The notes: generated from the letters alone by a model not told the origin. DNA of 64,000 nucleotides from Antedon mediterranea (GCF_964355755.1 NC_092674.1:10292001-10356000); one strand, 5' to 3'. Positions 14,130 to 27,256 are shown, counted from the stretch's first letter. Numbers and translations: made by a program.

Positions 14130-14706
14130 TAATACTAAAGTACAGTAAACTAAAATGGATAAAGCGTTTTGCTATACTTGTAACAAAGCCCATTAAGGCC
14201 ATGGGCAATTGTCATCTTTGTAAGATGAATTATTGATTGCCTAGAAATTTTAATCACTTGGATTTGAAGTTAAAGGTAATCTCATAAATATCACATCACA
14301 CTGTTAAATTGATTAAAATTTACACATATTTACATAATTTTGTTATCATGTAAGCATGCAGTACTATGTTTTTCAAACCTATTCATTATTTTTGATTTGT
14401 GTTGTTTAATTCGATGGCATTTGGAAAAAATTTGGAGGTGGAATATTTTGCTAGGACTTACCATTGCCTGGGGAGACTTATACAGTAACTTATGTTTGTA
14501 CTCTATTGGTTTTTTTAAAACTATTATTTACTGCAAATTTGAGTAAACTGTCAGATCATTTTTAATTTAATATTGAACAGATTATTATCATCATCATTTC
14601 TCTGTCATCCTTGAAGTATAATACATTTTCTAAATAATAATGGTTAACCTTTCGTTCTATCATATGGTTTACCTTAATATAATATTATAATATGACTGGG
14701 CTTTAC

Positions 14707-14787
14707 CTGTGTGAACGGGAACTGCGTTTGGTTTATCTTGCTTGGCGTTGGAAGTGCTGTTAGTGGACATTGAATATCTATCATTTC
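14707..14787 (-). CDS. lilli: AFF/lilli 81-nt exon EMIDIQCPLTALPTPSKINQTQFPFTQ (ELL-binding region)
   Basis: Acceptor ttcttttttag, donor CAG|gtaaag. Matches AFF EMTHSWPPPLTAIHTP.K....FPFP. Confidence 0.92.
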
Positions 14788-14904
14788 CTAAAAAAGAATT
14801 TAAAATATTTAACTAAACAATAATATACAGAAAACTTTCTCAGAACACAATTCCTTGAGAACAAGAGTTTTCCAAAAATGTCTCAAAATTCTAAGTTCTT
14901 ATAA

Positions 14905-15040
14905 CTAGAATAGAATCCCTATTATTAAGACACCTTCGTGTCCTCTAAATAGGGGTTGGGTACAGTGTTCATATAAATTGCTCCTCTTTCCCTTAATAGG
15001 AATGTCCCTTTAATAGGTGTGTACCACAGGAGGTTCTGCT
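14905..15040. mobile_element. Tigger/pogo-like MITE family copy (CCTCTATTAAGGGGACAC family)
   Basis: ccctattattaagacacc...tgtccctttaatagg...gaggttctgct. The same motifs recur across the window. Confidence 0.55.
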
Positions 15041-15167
15041 CATAAAACACATTTCTGAAAACCAGACCATGGCAGAAAGTCAGACTTGGTCAGGAAAATG
15101 GTGTCTGGGAGAAGTTACTAAACTGAATTTAAATTTCGAGAAGCACATATATTTATGTAAATTATAT

Positions 15168-15192
15168 CATAGAGATATTATATATCTCTATG
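15168..15192. mobile_element. 25-bp TIR-only mini-element CATAGAGATAT-tat-ATATCTCTATG with a 7-bp duplication ATTATAT
   Basis: Perfect 11-bp inverted repeat with ATTATAT on both flanks (15161-15167 and 15193-15199). Confidence 0.5.
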
Positions 15193-16223
15193 ATTATATG
15201 TAAATTAAAAATAATGCAAACAATGTATTACTTTAAATTATAACCTTAAAGAGAACACCATTATGTTTTGTCAAAATTGGCACAGATCAATCTGTGTCTA
15301 ATGTTGTCATTGGCATTTGATAACGAATCGCTCCGGTTAGCGGTCGTTTTGACAAGATCATTCCATACCTTTTGGCGCTGTGCCAATATGTAATGCTTCT
15401 GATCCACTCTGCCACGCAATTGGTAAATGTATACATTTCTACGACTATGGCATTTAAAGGTTTTTGCTATAAAAACTACATTATTATTATTATCTTAAAA
15501 TAGAAAATATATTTTTCCTCACACAGCAATCAACAATATGGTTGTCATCAAAATGAAATTTAGATTCAAGTATAACAACAGTGGACATTATGGTATACCA
15601 GTTACTGTATTAGGGATGGAATATATGAATGTAGTAGTGATGAAAACTATTATTTTAGACAGTAAGATTTGTTATAATGAATATTAGTACAACTCCTTTT
15701 TGGCAGACCTTAGGAGGACATTTTCCCATGAAACAAACAAGGGGAAAAATATACTTTAACACTACAGCCTACCCCTACTACAGTAGGAGAAACTTTGTTG
15801 GGTCTTAGGGCTTACTATAAAACTAGGCACCTACTGTACAGTAAAATATGTGTATTGTCTGAGGGCACAAACTGCCTCACAACCTTGGGAGACAATTACC
15901 AAAGGGCTTCCTGAATCATTGTGAGCCACTGTTCTATCTAGGTAACCCTATTTTATTAACAATACTGTTCTATAACAAGTACATTTAGAAATGTTTCCAG
16001 CTTAATAATAATGAAAGGAAATGATCATAACTTCATGGGTCAATTAGATTATCACATGACCTTTGCTGGTTTCTAAAATGGCCTAATATGACAATAAATT
16101 GCATCCAATATTATTTGCTCAAATTAATAATTGGCAAAAAATTTAATAATAATGTTTTGTTATTCCGGATACTCAATCAGTGTTAGTTACTTTCACATTA
16201 ATTAGATTAAAAGAAATACTTAA

Positions 16224-16814
16224 AGACCCATTCCCTGCAATTTTGGACGTTTTTTGGAAAATAATACATATATATCACTTTAAAAACATTAAACCATGTC
16301 ATTCCTTGTCTTAAATGTACGTTTTATGGTAAATTATGATAAAAAGTGAGAAACAATGCACTACCTAAGTAGCTCGCGGCGATCGACTTCTCGTGGACGG
16401 TCTTAGGCCTAGCTGGTAAACATCGATAACGTACGAACATCGTACGCTAGCTAATATACCTAGCCTGACGTTGCATAGTTGCTGCATTAATTGTCTTTCT
16501 ATTTTTGCCAGACTCCGTTGATACGGAAAACCCGGTATTTTCGCTGAAAAGTTAGGAGTCTTCCATTTGTTTTGGCTTCACGATCGATCGAAAAGTGGGC
16601 GAATTACAGGTGAAAAACAAAAATATCAATCCGCGCGCAAAGCATTTTGGGATTTATAGCGGGCCGCTATAATTATTAGAATCGATTTATTTTTCACATT
16701 TTTAACCGTTTAAAGACGAAAAAAGTTATCGCAATAGGACCATATAGTATTATTTTTACATTAAATATAGTTAGTGATCTTAAATTATATCTAAAAAACG
16801 TAGGGAATGGGGCT
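16224..16814. mobile_element. Non-autonomous Kolobok-like DNA transposon, 591 bp
   Basis: TTAA on both sides; TIR AGACCCATTCCCT / AGCCCCATTCCCT; AG...CT termini; CpG-rich interior. Confidence 0.8.
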
Positions 16815-16902
16815 TTAAACGAACACAATAAGCAAGCCCTTTAATAGTCATGACTTTTATAGGGGGTGTTTTTTCTACAAAAGGAGCACAAATTGTCATG
16901 AT

Positions 16903-17010
16903 TAAAGCTCTGTCTACACTATCAATCTAGTTTGACAAAAAAAAAGTGGGATGTGCCCAAATATGGTACTGATATGACATTATTGTGTCCATATATAAGC
17001 ACATTTTTTC
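16903..17010. mobile_element. Harbinger-like MITE, left part
   Basis: taa|agctctgtctacactatcaa...gatgtgcccaaatatggt...; same family as 9945-10072. Confidence 0.65.
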
Positions 17011-19337
17011 TTGTTTAATAGTTAAGTAAGAGCCATTACCATTTATTTTACATTGCTACTACAGTATATAGTTGCCAAAGACAGTCAATTTTCAGTTTTT
17101 AAAAATCATAATTCTCAAACCACCTGTTGTGATTATTTACAAAGCACTTATTACCATACAGCAGGGAGTAACTCCCTGCATACAGCTTCTTCCTATCTTT
17201 TATTGTAAACAAGATCCCTAAATGTATATTTCACCACAGACCAGATTTTTCAAGTAGATCCCCTGTGGTAAGCATACTTCTCCGAGGAAAGCCAACAGTC
17301 TTGGAGTGAAATTAATTTTCAAACAAGTTCATTAATTTGCAACAATAAAGATTCCTTTTTAATGAAAGAATTTTAAATACAAGCTGATGAATATATACAG
17401 TAAGACAGTGACTTAAATCATAACATTATTTGTCTGTTTCAAACACTGCTATTAAATGTTGATGACAGTGTCAATTCGGTTATTTTCAATGTTGTGAGTG
17501 GCGTTTTGCGCTGATGTTTAGTATCTAGTAGATATATACAGCAATAAAAACAAATACATGCATTATACTATATAATACATCATTTATCCCTACGTCAATT
17601 ACAGTTTTCAACAACACCGTTACTAGATAATTTGGTTCTGTTTAAGTATTATTATGTATAATGTTTTTGTGCAATTTTGTATAGTGTGTATTATGTTCTT
17701 ATACATTTATTCGTTCTTTTTAAATAGTGTACAAAAAAACGAATTTCCGATATGTTTTATTGGACCTAATAAATTCTTTGAGAGCAGCGCATTATCATTA
17801 TCAATAATTGATATTTTACTTATTATACTACACTAAAAGTACAGTTTAATTAAATCATGAAAACAATACAGACATAATAGGCCTCTAGAATAAAATGTAA
17901 TAAACTAGATTCAATTGGCTCAATACTTGGGCTCATGTATGGACTGTGATGAATAGGCTTTGGCCAAAGAATGTTATTACCAACAAAGTTGAAGTTTGTA
18001 TTTATTTAAACTTTTTTTTGCCAACTATGCCAATGGCACATGTGACCTTTTTTTTACAATGCTATTAAAGAATGGAATAATTTACCAATTAACATTAAGG
18101 AATCACAAACTATTTGTTGTTTTAAAAGTAAAGTTAAAAAGTATCTACAGGAACGTTCACTAGCTCTAGAAACTATTCAATAAGCGCTTCTTCTTTTTTC
18201 GATTGTCCTTTTTGCTGTTTTTTGTAATTTTTATATGTTGCATTGTTTGTCTTTATGCTGTTCTTTCAAAGGACCTCATTGGAAACAAGTCCGTAGAGGA
18301 CTTTTATAAGTTATCCTTGGCATCCTTGTTTTATTTTGGTATTTTTATATTTGCTAATTTTAATTGTATGTCTGTGATATTTTATGTACTGATGCCGAAA
18401 TAAATCAAATCAAATCAAATCATGTACTGTAGTATTACAGAAGAGACATCTTTAGTTTAGTTGACAAATGTATGAAATTAGCAATAAATATCCATAGATA
18501 CTGTGTACTATGTATGTGTGTGACGAATAAAGAAATCCATAAATTGAAAGCAAAATTACTTAATATGCTCCCTTCAAAACTGTTGGCGCTTGTCAACATT
18601 CTAAAAATATGCAGGAAGGAAGGACGAACTACTGTTTTTTTTTGTTGAACTCTGGATAAAAACAATACAAAGAGCTTTATATAGCATTTGTCCCAATACA
18701 AAATAAAAGACGATTAACTGATTGTTTTATTACATAACTAGTATAATTTTGTATAATCAATTTTTTTCCAGATCAATGTGATGATCATACTGATATGTCC
18801 ATTATCATAATAAAATAACAATAGAAATTCTTGATAAAGATTGGAAAATATTAGTACGATAAAAAGCAGAAAATATAAAAAAAAAATTAATATATAGAAT
18901 ACACACGTAATGTATTGTACATTTAAATTCTAAAATTCAGTTACAATTTGGAAGAAAAATATGATAACAATGCATAAAAAGGAGTAATAGCAGCCCAAAA
19001 TACATTTCAGCAGAAATATTTGTTTGGAAAAACAAAACGTTATACATAAATATGGCATTATAATTTCAGTGACATTTGGCTAATCCTAGCCAAACTGATT
19101 GATGATGATGATTTGTCCCTAGTAGAGTTGTAAAACCATCACCCAATTCCCACATGTTTTATCCTTATGTATGAACACAGGATTATAAAAAAAGCTGCGG
19201 ATTTAGTAGCAGTTATCATGAAAATAAATTACTAGTGGAACATTTCGTAATGAACATTTTTTTGCATTTAATTGCTAAGGTTGAACTGATGAGGTACTAT
19301 AAATCTATCACAGTATTTACGTATTATCTTACACAAT

Positions 19338-19480
19338 TATAGTAGAGCCTCTATTAGTGGGACAAAAGAAATGTCTCCTTAATAGAGGTTGGCCATACTG
19401 TGTTAAAACATATTGCTCCATGTTCATTTTTTGAAAGTGCCTCCTGAATAGGGATATGTCCTAAAGGAGGGGCGTTCTTT
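19338..19480. mobile_element. Tigger/pogo-like MITE copy
   Basis: tagtagagcctctattagtgggaca...tgtctccttaatagaggtt inverted pair. Confidence 0.6.
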
Positions 19481-19639
19481 ATATTGAAAAAAATTGAGAA
19501 ATTAAATTGGCAAGTAAAGTTGGTGCTGTACAGTATGATTGGCACCTCAAATTGGCAACAAGGGTACTTAAATTTTCACAATAAGCCATTGTTTAGGGCC
19601 AACATGAGGTATGGCAACTTGACAACTATAAAGTTGCTG

Positions 19640-20240
19640 AAGGACACATTTAAGTAGCACATACAAATTCTATGATGGGTACTTTGGGGAAAAGGGACAA
19701 CAATATTGGTAACTAAATTGATAATGATAGGCACATTTGAGTAATAAGGACAACAATATTGGCAACTAAAAGTGATATAATGGGTACTTTGGAGGCTAAA
19801 AGAAACAACAATATTGGCAAATAAATTGATACGATGGCCACATTTGGGTAAAGGACAACAATATTGGCGACAACAATATTGGCAAGAACAATATTGGCAA
19901 CTAAAATTGATATGATGGGCACTTTGGGGAAAAGGGACAACAATATTGGCAAATAAATGTATACAATGGGCACTTTTGGGTAATAAGGACAACAATATTG
20001 GCAACTAAAAGTGATATGATAGGCACATTGGGGAAAGAGACAACAATATTGGCAACTACAAATCGATATGATAGGCACTTTGGGGTAATAAGGACAAACA
20101 ATATTGGCAACTAAAAGCGATACAATGGGTACTTTTGAGTAATATTGGCAACTAACATTGAAATGATCGGTACTAAAATTGATATTATGGATACTTTTAG
20201 TATGGACAACATTGAAATGAGATGGGCACTTATGGGTAAA
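19640..20240. repeat. Degenerate tandem repeat of about 55-60 bp (gggcactttggggaaaagggacaacaatattggcaactaaaattgatatgat), about 9-10 copies
   Basis: acaacaatattggcaa recurs at regular spacing and explains the repetitive minus-strand ORFs at 19576-20110. Confidence 0.9.
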
Positions 20241-21302
20241 AAAAAACTAAACTAAAATTTGCAATATGGGAAACAGAAATTGGTACAATGGCAAACTATT
20301 AATAGATGAGCTTGACTAACAATTGGTAATTAACCTTTAGTAACATGAACAATAAAAATTATCGATTTTGTTACATCCAAACATAGTAATCTAAATAAAA
20401 TGTGTTTTGGTCTGTTATCATTACACACATTCAATGAGCTATGTACACACTGCTGTATTTCAGGAAAAGAATGTTGAGCCATATTATCGAATATTAACAC
20501 TGTAAAATATGGGTAGTGAACACCTACATGAAATAAAAACAGACCTACATTTGGAATGTCTAATCAAACTGTAGTTAACAAGACTTGACAATATAAAAGG
20601 CTGTACGCATCTCAACAGTAACTTTAACTTTGTACCGATATATTCATTTCTTGTAGTGTCGGTTAACATACATTTTTGAGTTCCAACAGTCATGCGAGGG
20701 GTCTCTATTACAATGGAGACTGACAAGATAACAATGGGATGCTAAAAAATAGTATACACTAAATACATGTTCTTTACAATCAATGTCATAATTAATGTTT
20801 TCAAATAGATGAATACAGATAAATTTTGGTCTAAATTTCATGGCTCGTAGAATCCAGATTTTGTTTGTTTCCCTGGGCAAGTGTCCTAGATGATCAAACA
20901 TCTGATTGAGACTGAACTGTACTGGTGTATTCCACAACTGATGCAAACATTGTTGTTTTCCCTTGGATTTTACTTGGTTGCCAATCGGGACTGACCCTTT
21001 TAGTTGCCCTACTGTACATAAATGTTTGGTTTCCTCTGGACCAGGGCAACTAATTCTGGAGCTCAGTGAAAGTTCTTTTATTTAAAATTTAGTAGTTACT
21101 GTAAGTGGTGAACCAGTTGAAAATAAAAAAAATCATCGTAATCTGAACAAAATAAATTCATTCACCTCTATACATAAATGGTATAGTGTACCAACCCCAT
21201 TTTAAGTTTGTGTACAAACGAAATAAATTCATGATGTCCATGAAATATACAGGCAAGTACAAAATAACTACATATTCACAATATTTATATGTCATCACTT
21301 AC

Positions 21303-21344
21303 CTTGAATATAGCGTCCATAGAGCGTCCTTGAGGCTGAGAATT
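21303..21344 (-). CDS. lilli: AFF/lilli 42-nt exon NSQPQGRSMDAIFK
   Basis: Acceptor ttatctttgtag, donor AAG|gtaagt, phase 0-0. Equivalent to the short AFF exon ending ..CVDEILK. Confidence 0.85.
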
Positions 21345-22044
21345 CTACAAAGATAAACAAAATTATGATTAGTTGTGATAAAAAAATTGGTAATTTCTTT
21401 TCAAGCAGCAGATAGGCATTAATATGCCATTAAGAAAACGAGTATGGATGAGTTTAGTGAATTGCCTTTTGAACTTCCCTGTATTATGCATCTAATCTAT
21501 TCTGAACGTACTTGCAATAAAATAAAATTAAGCTTTAGTAGTATTGACATGAACATATGGGTTATTAATCAAGTTATATTGCTAACAAACAATATAAATA
21601 CTAATTAACTCTTATTTCTTAAACAAAGCATAGCAAGAAATTGAATGAATTTAATGATATTAAATTGTTGTTAAACATATTGATTTGATTGTTTAAAATG
21701 CATAAAATAAAAGAAATTAGATTCATTCCAAATAAATAATTTATAAATAAAATTGTTGTTAAAATATTTATGAATGACATTAAGAAATGACGTTAAAAAC
21801 TACTCCTTATTTCTTTTAAATATTTTAAAACTGTTAATATATTAAAAAAAATGGGGCCTTTTTTTTCCTCAAATAAATGCCTTACACAAGCATACACAAT
21901 ATTGTATTACAACACATTTCTGTTTTTAGTAAAATTCATTGATTGGCATGATCTGTTTACCAAGCCTTTGATATTTTATCACTTCTCGATATTAAATTGT
22001 GTTGCATTTTTTCATATCTATGGGGTATTCATTTGAATATACAT

Positions 22045-22173
22045 TATACCATATTACACCCCAAAAAAATAAAGGCCTCCACCGAATAAATGCCTCCCTC
22101 AAATAAACGCCCATTTAAAAACCTTCCTGAACAATAAACACCCCGGGGCAATTATTTCGAATTAAATACGGTA
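22045..22173. mobile_element. Tc1/mariner-type MITE end fragment
   Basis: Ends ...tcgaattaaatacggta (TACCGTA-type terminus) with repeated aataaa(t/c)gcc subterminal motifs. Confidence 0.5.
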
Positions 22174-25100
22174 TTGTATTAATGCTTTTTTTGTGTTTTG
22201 TGTTTGTATTTCTTGTATTAATAAGAAACTGTTTTTTTTTCTTAAATTTTTGTAGAATTTCTTATCTGAAGCATAATTTGTTATTGAGTTGAAACAGCTA
22301 TGAAATGACAATAAAGAATATAATGTTAGTTTCAAATGGCATGATGAAGACATTAACACCAATAAATACATTACATTCACATTTTAATGTTTTTAAATAG
22401 AATACAAATTAGAAATAAATAGAACAAATATTATCAAATGTATCTGTAAATATCAAACAAAAGCGATAAAATTCTTAATAATTATCTACATTAAGATTTA
22501 ACGATTTAAATAAGACTAATAATAAACCGAAAAAACCCATTATTAATGTTCAAACACAAAACAACGACGACGTCGCAGCGTTTGGTGATGATCGATCACG
22601 TCAGAAATCACGTCAATAAAGATAGTCGGTCAGTTGATTTTACTGCGTGTCCTTTTATAATTGAGTGTTTACGTTTTGTTGTGTGTCTCTAGTCAATGAC
22701 GGAGGAGTAATTAGACCCAAGGTGACGAGACCACTTTGTTGCCAAAACGAGTTTGATAAAAGCTAGTTAACTGTGTACACATGATGGATAGGATACATGT
22801 TTCACAATATTTCAAACTGTGACATATTTAGATTCTACATGTTTTAATTGACACATAACCTTTGATGATAATGGCAATGTTTGAATGATTTTACTTTGAA
22901 TTTAAAAAAAAATTTAAAATCATGTATTAATATTTATATTAATACATGATTTTAAATTTTCTTGTTTGAATGTACAATAATACATTCTAAATAGGTATGA
23001 ATGTAAAACAACAAAATAAAAATCAAAACAATAATGTCCTAATAATAAAAACATACAATTGTTATTATTGTATAATGTAGACCCAATGACAATAAAACAA
23101 TTCCTGCGAATATTATTGTCATAGTTACAGTACTTATTTAACATTTGTCTTTAATGGTTGAACTTCATTTATTACTATAATAACAGTAAAAAGCAATAAC
23201 TTAGTAAAACTGTGTTATGGAAAGTGATCAGAAGGAATACATGTCTTGGGAATAATACATGGGAAATTGGGAGGAAAATCGGTTTTGAGAAAAAATACAC
23301 GAGACAATAAAGATTACCGTTGGCCTTTGAACGAATGCGAAGTGTTTTTTTCTCCCTTCTTCAATTAAACAAGATCAACCTGTGTGATAATTGTGCCTTA
23401 GTTCTTCCACTTGACGAGTTCTAACTTGTTAAATCAATCTGTATTTCCTGAGTACATAACAGATCTCACAACTAAATTAGAGCAAGTCTTCCATCTTAAG
23501 GCTAGCTATTATTTCTCATTACTAACAACAGTGACAGTGACAGCTTACTAATACACAGTACACATTTTAAATTGTATCACACAAACATTGGATGTGAGCA
23601 TACATCATAGTTTAAAAATGTTTAAGATGTCTACAGAACATTTAAAAACTATAAAAAAAGAACACATTGGATTATTTTAAACAATTTTTTCCGCCAATAC
23701 TTTTTCCGTTTAAATTATTTTTTTTTAGAAAAGTTTGTCATTTTGAAATTTCAATACATTGAAAGTGCACAGTATATTGTACAAGTAAATACAATACAGT
23801 ACCCATAATATAATACAACATACACATGGAAAAGATATAGGGAAATATATAGTCACGCCAACGTCCATTTTTCCAAAGGCTACAAAAAATAAATTCATAA
23901 ATAATAGAATATTGTCATCCTATTTTGACCGAAAAACTAGCAAAAATATAATTGATAATTTCCATCAATCAGCCTCAACTATTATTGAAAGAGATTTTTC
24001 AATGTTTTTGCCAAAATCTACGAGCCATGTTAATTATATGTAGGAAGCATGTCCGGAGTTACAGTTAGTTTCCGGCATTGGTGTTTCCCATGGCAACATG
24101 GGTTCTCTACAGCATATCTCCTTTAGGGAGCCATAATTAGTGAACAACATTTTTGTATACATTTTCCCTTTTTAAGGTATTTCCCAATTATAGCATTTTA
24201 TTAGTGTCAGTTATCCATAATAATTGTGTTGATAAAATTGTGAATAAGAAAATTTATTTTGGCAGATGTCTCTAGTGGAAAGTAAAAATAGATGTTGTTG
24301 AGCTGTGTTATTTCATTTTCAATACTTCATTAAATAATTTCTAAAAGGAGATTTCTAAAATAACTTGTCATCATTTTAACTTTATCTAAACTTTCTCTAA
24401 TAAAAGATTTTGTCGTCATCTCAATATCTTCTACTTTCTAACTTTTAAAGCTTAGGTACTGTACAAGGATGGATTTTAGATAACAATTTGTTAAATTTAC
24501 ATAAATTTAAAATTTCACATCATCACATCAAAAAATATTGTAAAATAAAGTATTTTGAAAAAAAATGTCAGTAGTGGTCATTCAAATATTGATGTTAACT
24601 TCAAGATAGCGCATAATAAAAATCTTAAGTTAATGAAAATACCAAAAATGTAATCATACTGTATCTGAATGATACTTTAATATCTTTTTTGCCATATCTT
24701 TAAGGTCATATTAAGCCAGATTGACTTATATCTTATCTAATATACTTTATTCTATCTCTCAAGTTCAATTACAATTTTATAGTATTAGTAGTTAACAAAT
24801 TCAGCTAATTAAAATTAAAATAAAGGATTATGGTACAGTATATTTCTGTGTTAAAATAACAAAAAAATATTATATTATTATCAATTTATTTATTAAGAAC
24901 GGTTAGCGGGTATACAGTAATTAGATAATTGAAACCAGAGCAAGGTTATTGTGTTACCTCTCAGTGAAGATGTAATTTTTATCATTATGGTATGATGGCA
25001 CAATTAGGTCACATCCTTCAATCCAATGCAAATATTTGTTATAGCGGAAGGGGCTGAATGCCAAGATGTTTGAGAGTCAAGATCATTGAATTTAAACATG

Positions 25101-25314
25101 TTAATAATATTCATTCAATCTTTATTTCGGAATCTCTGGTACATAGAAAGTAACAGGAATATATAAAGTGTTCTTTAAACAAACTTACACTGTTTTTACA
25201 GCCCAAAATTCAACATACAGTACCTTGAATTTGTTTAAAAAACATTATATATTTATACAATACGTATACGTAACTTTCATTTGTTAATGTACATTTTTCA
25301 AGATAATTAGTTAA

Positions 25315-25845
25315 AGATGTATTTGTTCCTTTGACTAATTCCAACAAAATAGAAAAAATTGAAGGTTTTGAAAAAAGGTGGCTCATTTTGAAGTATCGTA
25401 ATAATTATTAACTATCACCAAAAGTTTTTCGGAAAAAAAATCATTTAACTGAAATACGGACGTTTTTTTGTTGAAAAAATAAGTTTTCGATAAAAACATA
25501 TCCCATAATGAAACGCGCTTGTTAGGCTACTCTGTATGCATAATAATAAACTTCCTTATGATCTGTGTGAAAATACCTTCTCAACCGTGACGAGTTGTAA
25601 ACAATCCTAATTAGCATATGCATAATGCGTACTCATGGTTTGAAATATTTGTTTACTTTCGCTCGCGACAATTTTCCAGATGAAATGTAATCAAACTAAA
25701 ATTACCTGTTAATTACGTAAACTTGTTATTTTTAGCTCGACTTTTCGACGTAAAGTGAATAACTTTAATATTACTTTGATATGGCCACTTTCAATTTAGA
25801 ATATTTTAACCTTCATTTTGTTGTGTTTCAAGGGAATATACATCT
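25315..25845. mobile_element. Second Kolobok-like non-autonomous element, 531 bp
   Basis: TTAA|AGATGTAT...ATACATCT|TTAA; imperfect TIR agatgtatttgttcctttga / agatgtatattcccttga. Confidence 0.75.
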
Positions 25846-26178
25846 TTAAGGTTTTACGTTTTTATATTGTGTTTTAAATTGTATTGTATGTTTCTAAGCT
25901 CAGGAAAACAAATTTCATGTAATATTATGTGACAATAAATTGAATATTGAATCTAGGAATATAAAGGTTTTGAAGTAATAGTATTGTAACAATTGAAAGA
26001 AAAGCATTGAGATTTGAGTCTTGGTTAGGACTAAATTTTAATTTCTTGCATATTTTCCATTTTTATTTTATCACACTTATTTTTTATCAATCAGTGGTTT
26101 AGAATTTCTATGCATTAAAAAAGGATATGTCACATGAAAAATATCTAATTTGTTTAAGAATAAAGAAATAGTGCTTAC

Positions 26179-26955
26179 CTTTGAACTTGGGCGGTCAGGT
26201 GTATCCTCTTGATCGTCATTATCCAAATCAAAGATACTTGACATTAAATCTGTTTTTGCATTGTTGATATTACCTGTAGTTAATATTTTTAATTCTAGTT
26301 CTGGCTTTGTATCAGACATTTTTGTACTTGAAGATTCCTTTGACTTTGGTTTTGATTTTTGCTCCGTCCAATCAGGTCGTTGCATATTATTTTTTGTTGG
26401 TTTTGCACTGGTTATAGTCATCTCACTTTTTACTGAACTAGCAGGACGTGAATGACTGCTACTTTTGGCTTTTTCTTTACTTACTGGAGATTTCGGAATT
26501 TGAGGACGTTCTGATTTTACTGGCGTGGTTTTTATATCTTGCGGTTTTGAATGAGAAGATGATGGACGATGTTGAGATGAACTTGATTGTTGGGTTGTGT
26601 TTGCAGTGTTTTTACTTTTTCCAGGATGCTTTTGATGACTACTACTACTATTACTAGATTTTGATGGATTACTAGTAATAGCACCATTCTTTTTAGATTT
26701 CTCTTTTCTTTCTTTATTGTAAGGCGACGACGTAGAGGAAGAGGGCTTAGATTTGTCTGTAGAGTTATTTAAAATCTTTGGACTGTTTGTACGAAGTGGG
26801 TTGTTTGATTTAAGCGAGGTGGGTGTTGGTAACTGATTTGGCACACCGATGATGTTAGTCGACGGTACATGTGAATCGATCAATGGTCGGAAAGACTTGT
26901 AAGGTCCCAGAATACTTTGTAAACGAGATTCGATATCATCACTTGGATCCGAAAC
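26179..26955 (-). CDS. lilli: AFF/lilli large 777-nt coding exon: P-TEFb/cyclin T-binding segment followed by a Ser/Lys/Pro-rich disordered region
   Basis: Core of ORF 26077..27003. Acceptor ttccacagcag, donor AAG|gtaagc, phase 0-0. DDIESRLQSILGPY...IIGVP resembles AFF D.LSSRIQSMLGNY...LVAIP. Confidence 0.93.
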
Positions 26956-27256
26956 CTGCTGTGGAAATAAATAAAATAAAAATTCAGGACTAAAAAATAT
27001 CACTTTAAATGGAATTACCGAAAAGCTTCATAATACCTATAGTAATATAGTAATAATGGTATTAAAACTCGTATTTCCCCTCGTTTGTTTAAGGGAAAGT
27101 GTAATACGGGTGTCCCAAATAAGGGGTTTTACCATACTATATTTTATAATATATAAGATTTGTACTTCTCATAGAAGTTTATCTAATGAACAAAATTACA
27201 TTATTCAAATACAAAATTGCTGTCCATCAGCTCTTATAACATAACCATATACTTAC

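Noticed and set aside
19576-20110. Cys-rich or hydrophobic repeat ORFs
   Set aside because: They are translations of a degenerate tandem repeat of about 58 bp with frequent frameshifts.
24081-24097. RFX X-box-like site gtttcccatggcaac
   Set aside because: An imperfect single motif with no supporting evidence; such matches are expected by chance in 64 kb.
26077-27003. 308-aa ORF as a standalone single-exon gene
   Set aside because: Its ends (MIFFSPEFLFYLFPQ and VSTISLFLNK...) are intronic read-through. The true exon is 26179-26955, with canonical splice sites.
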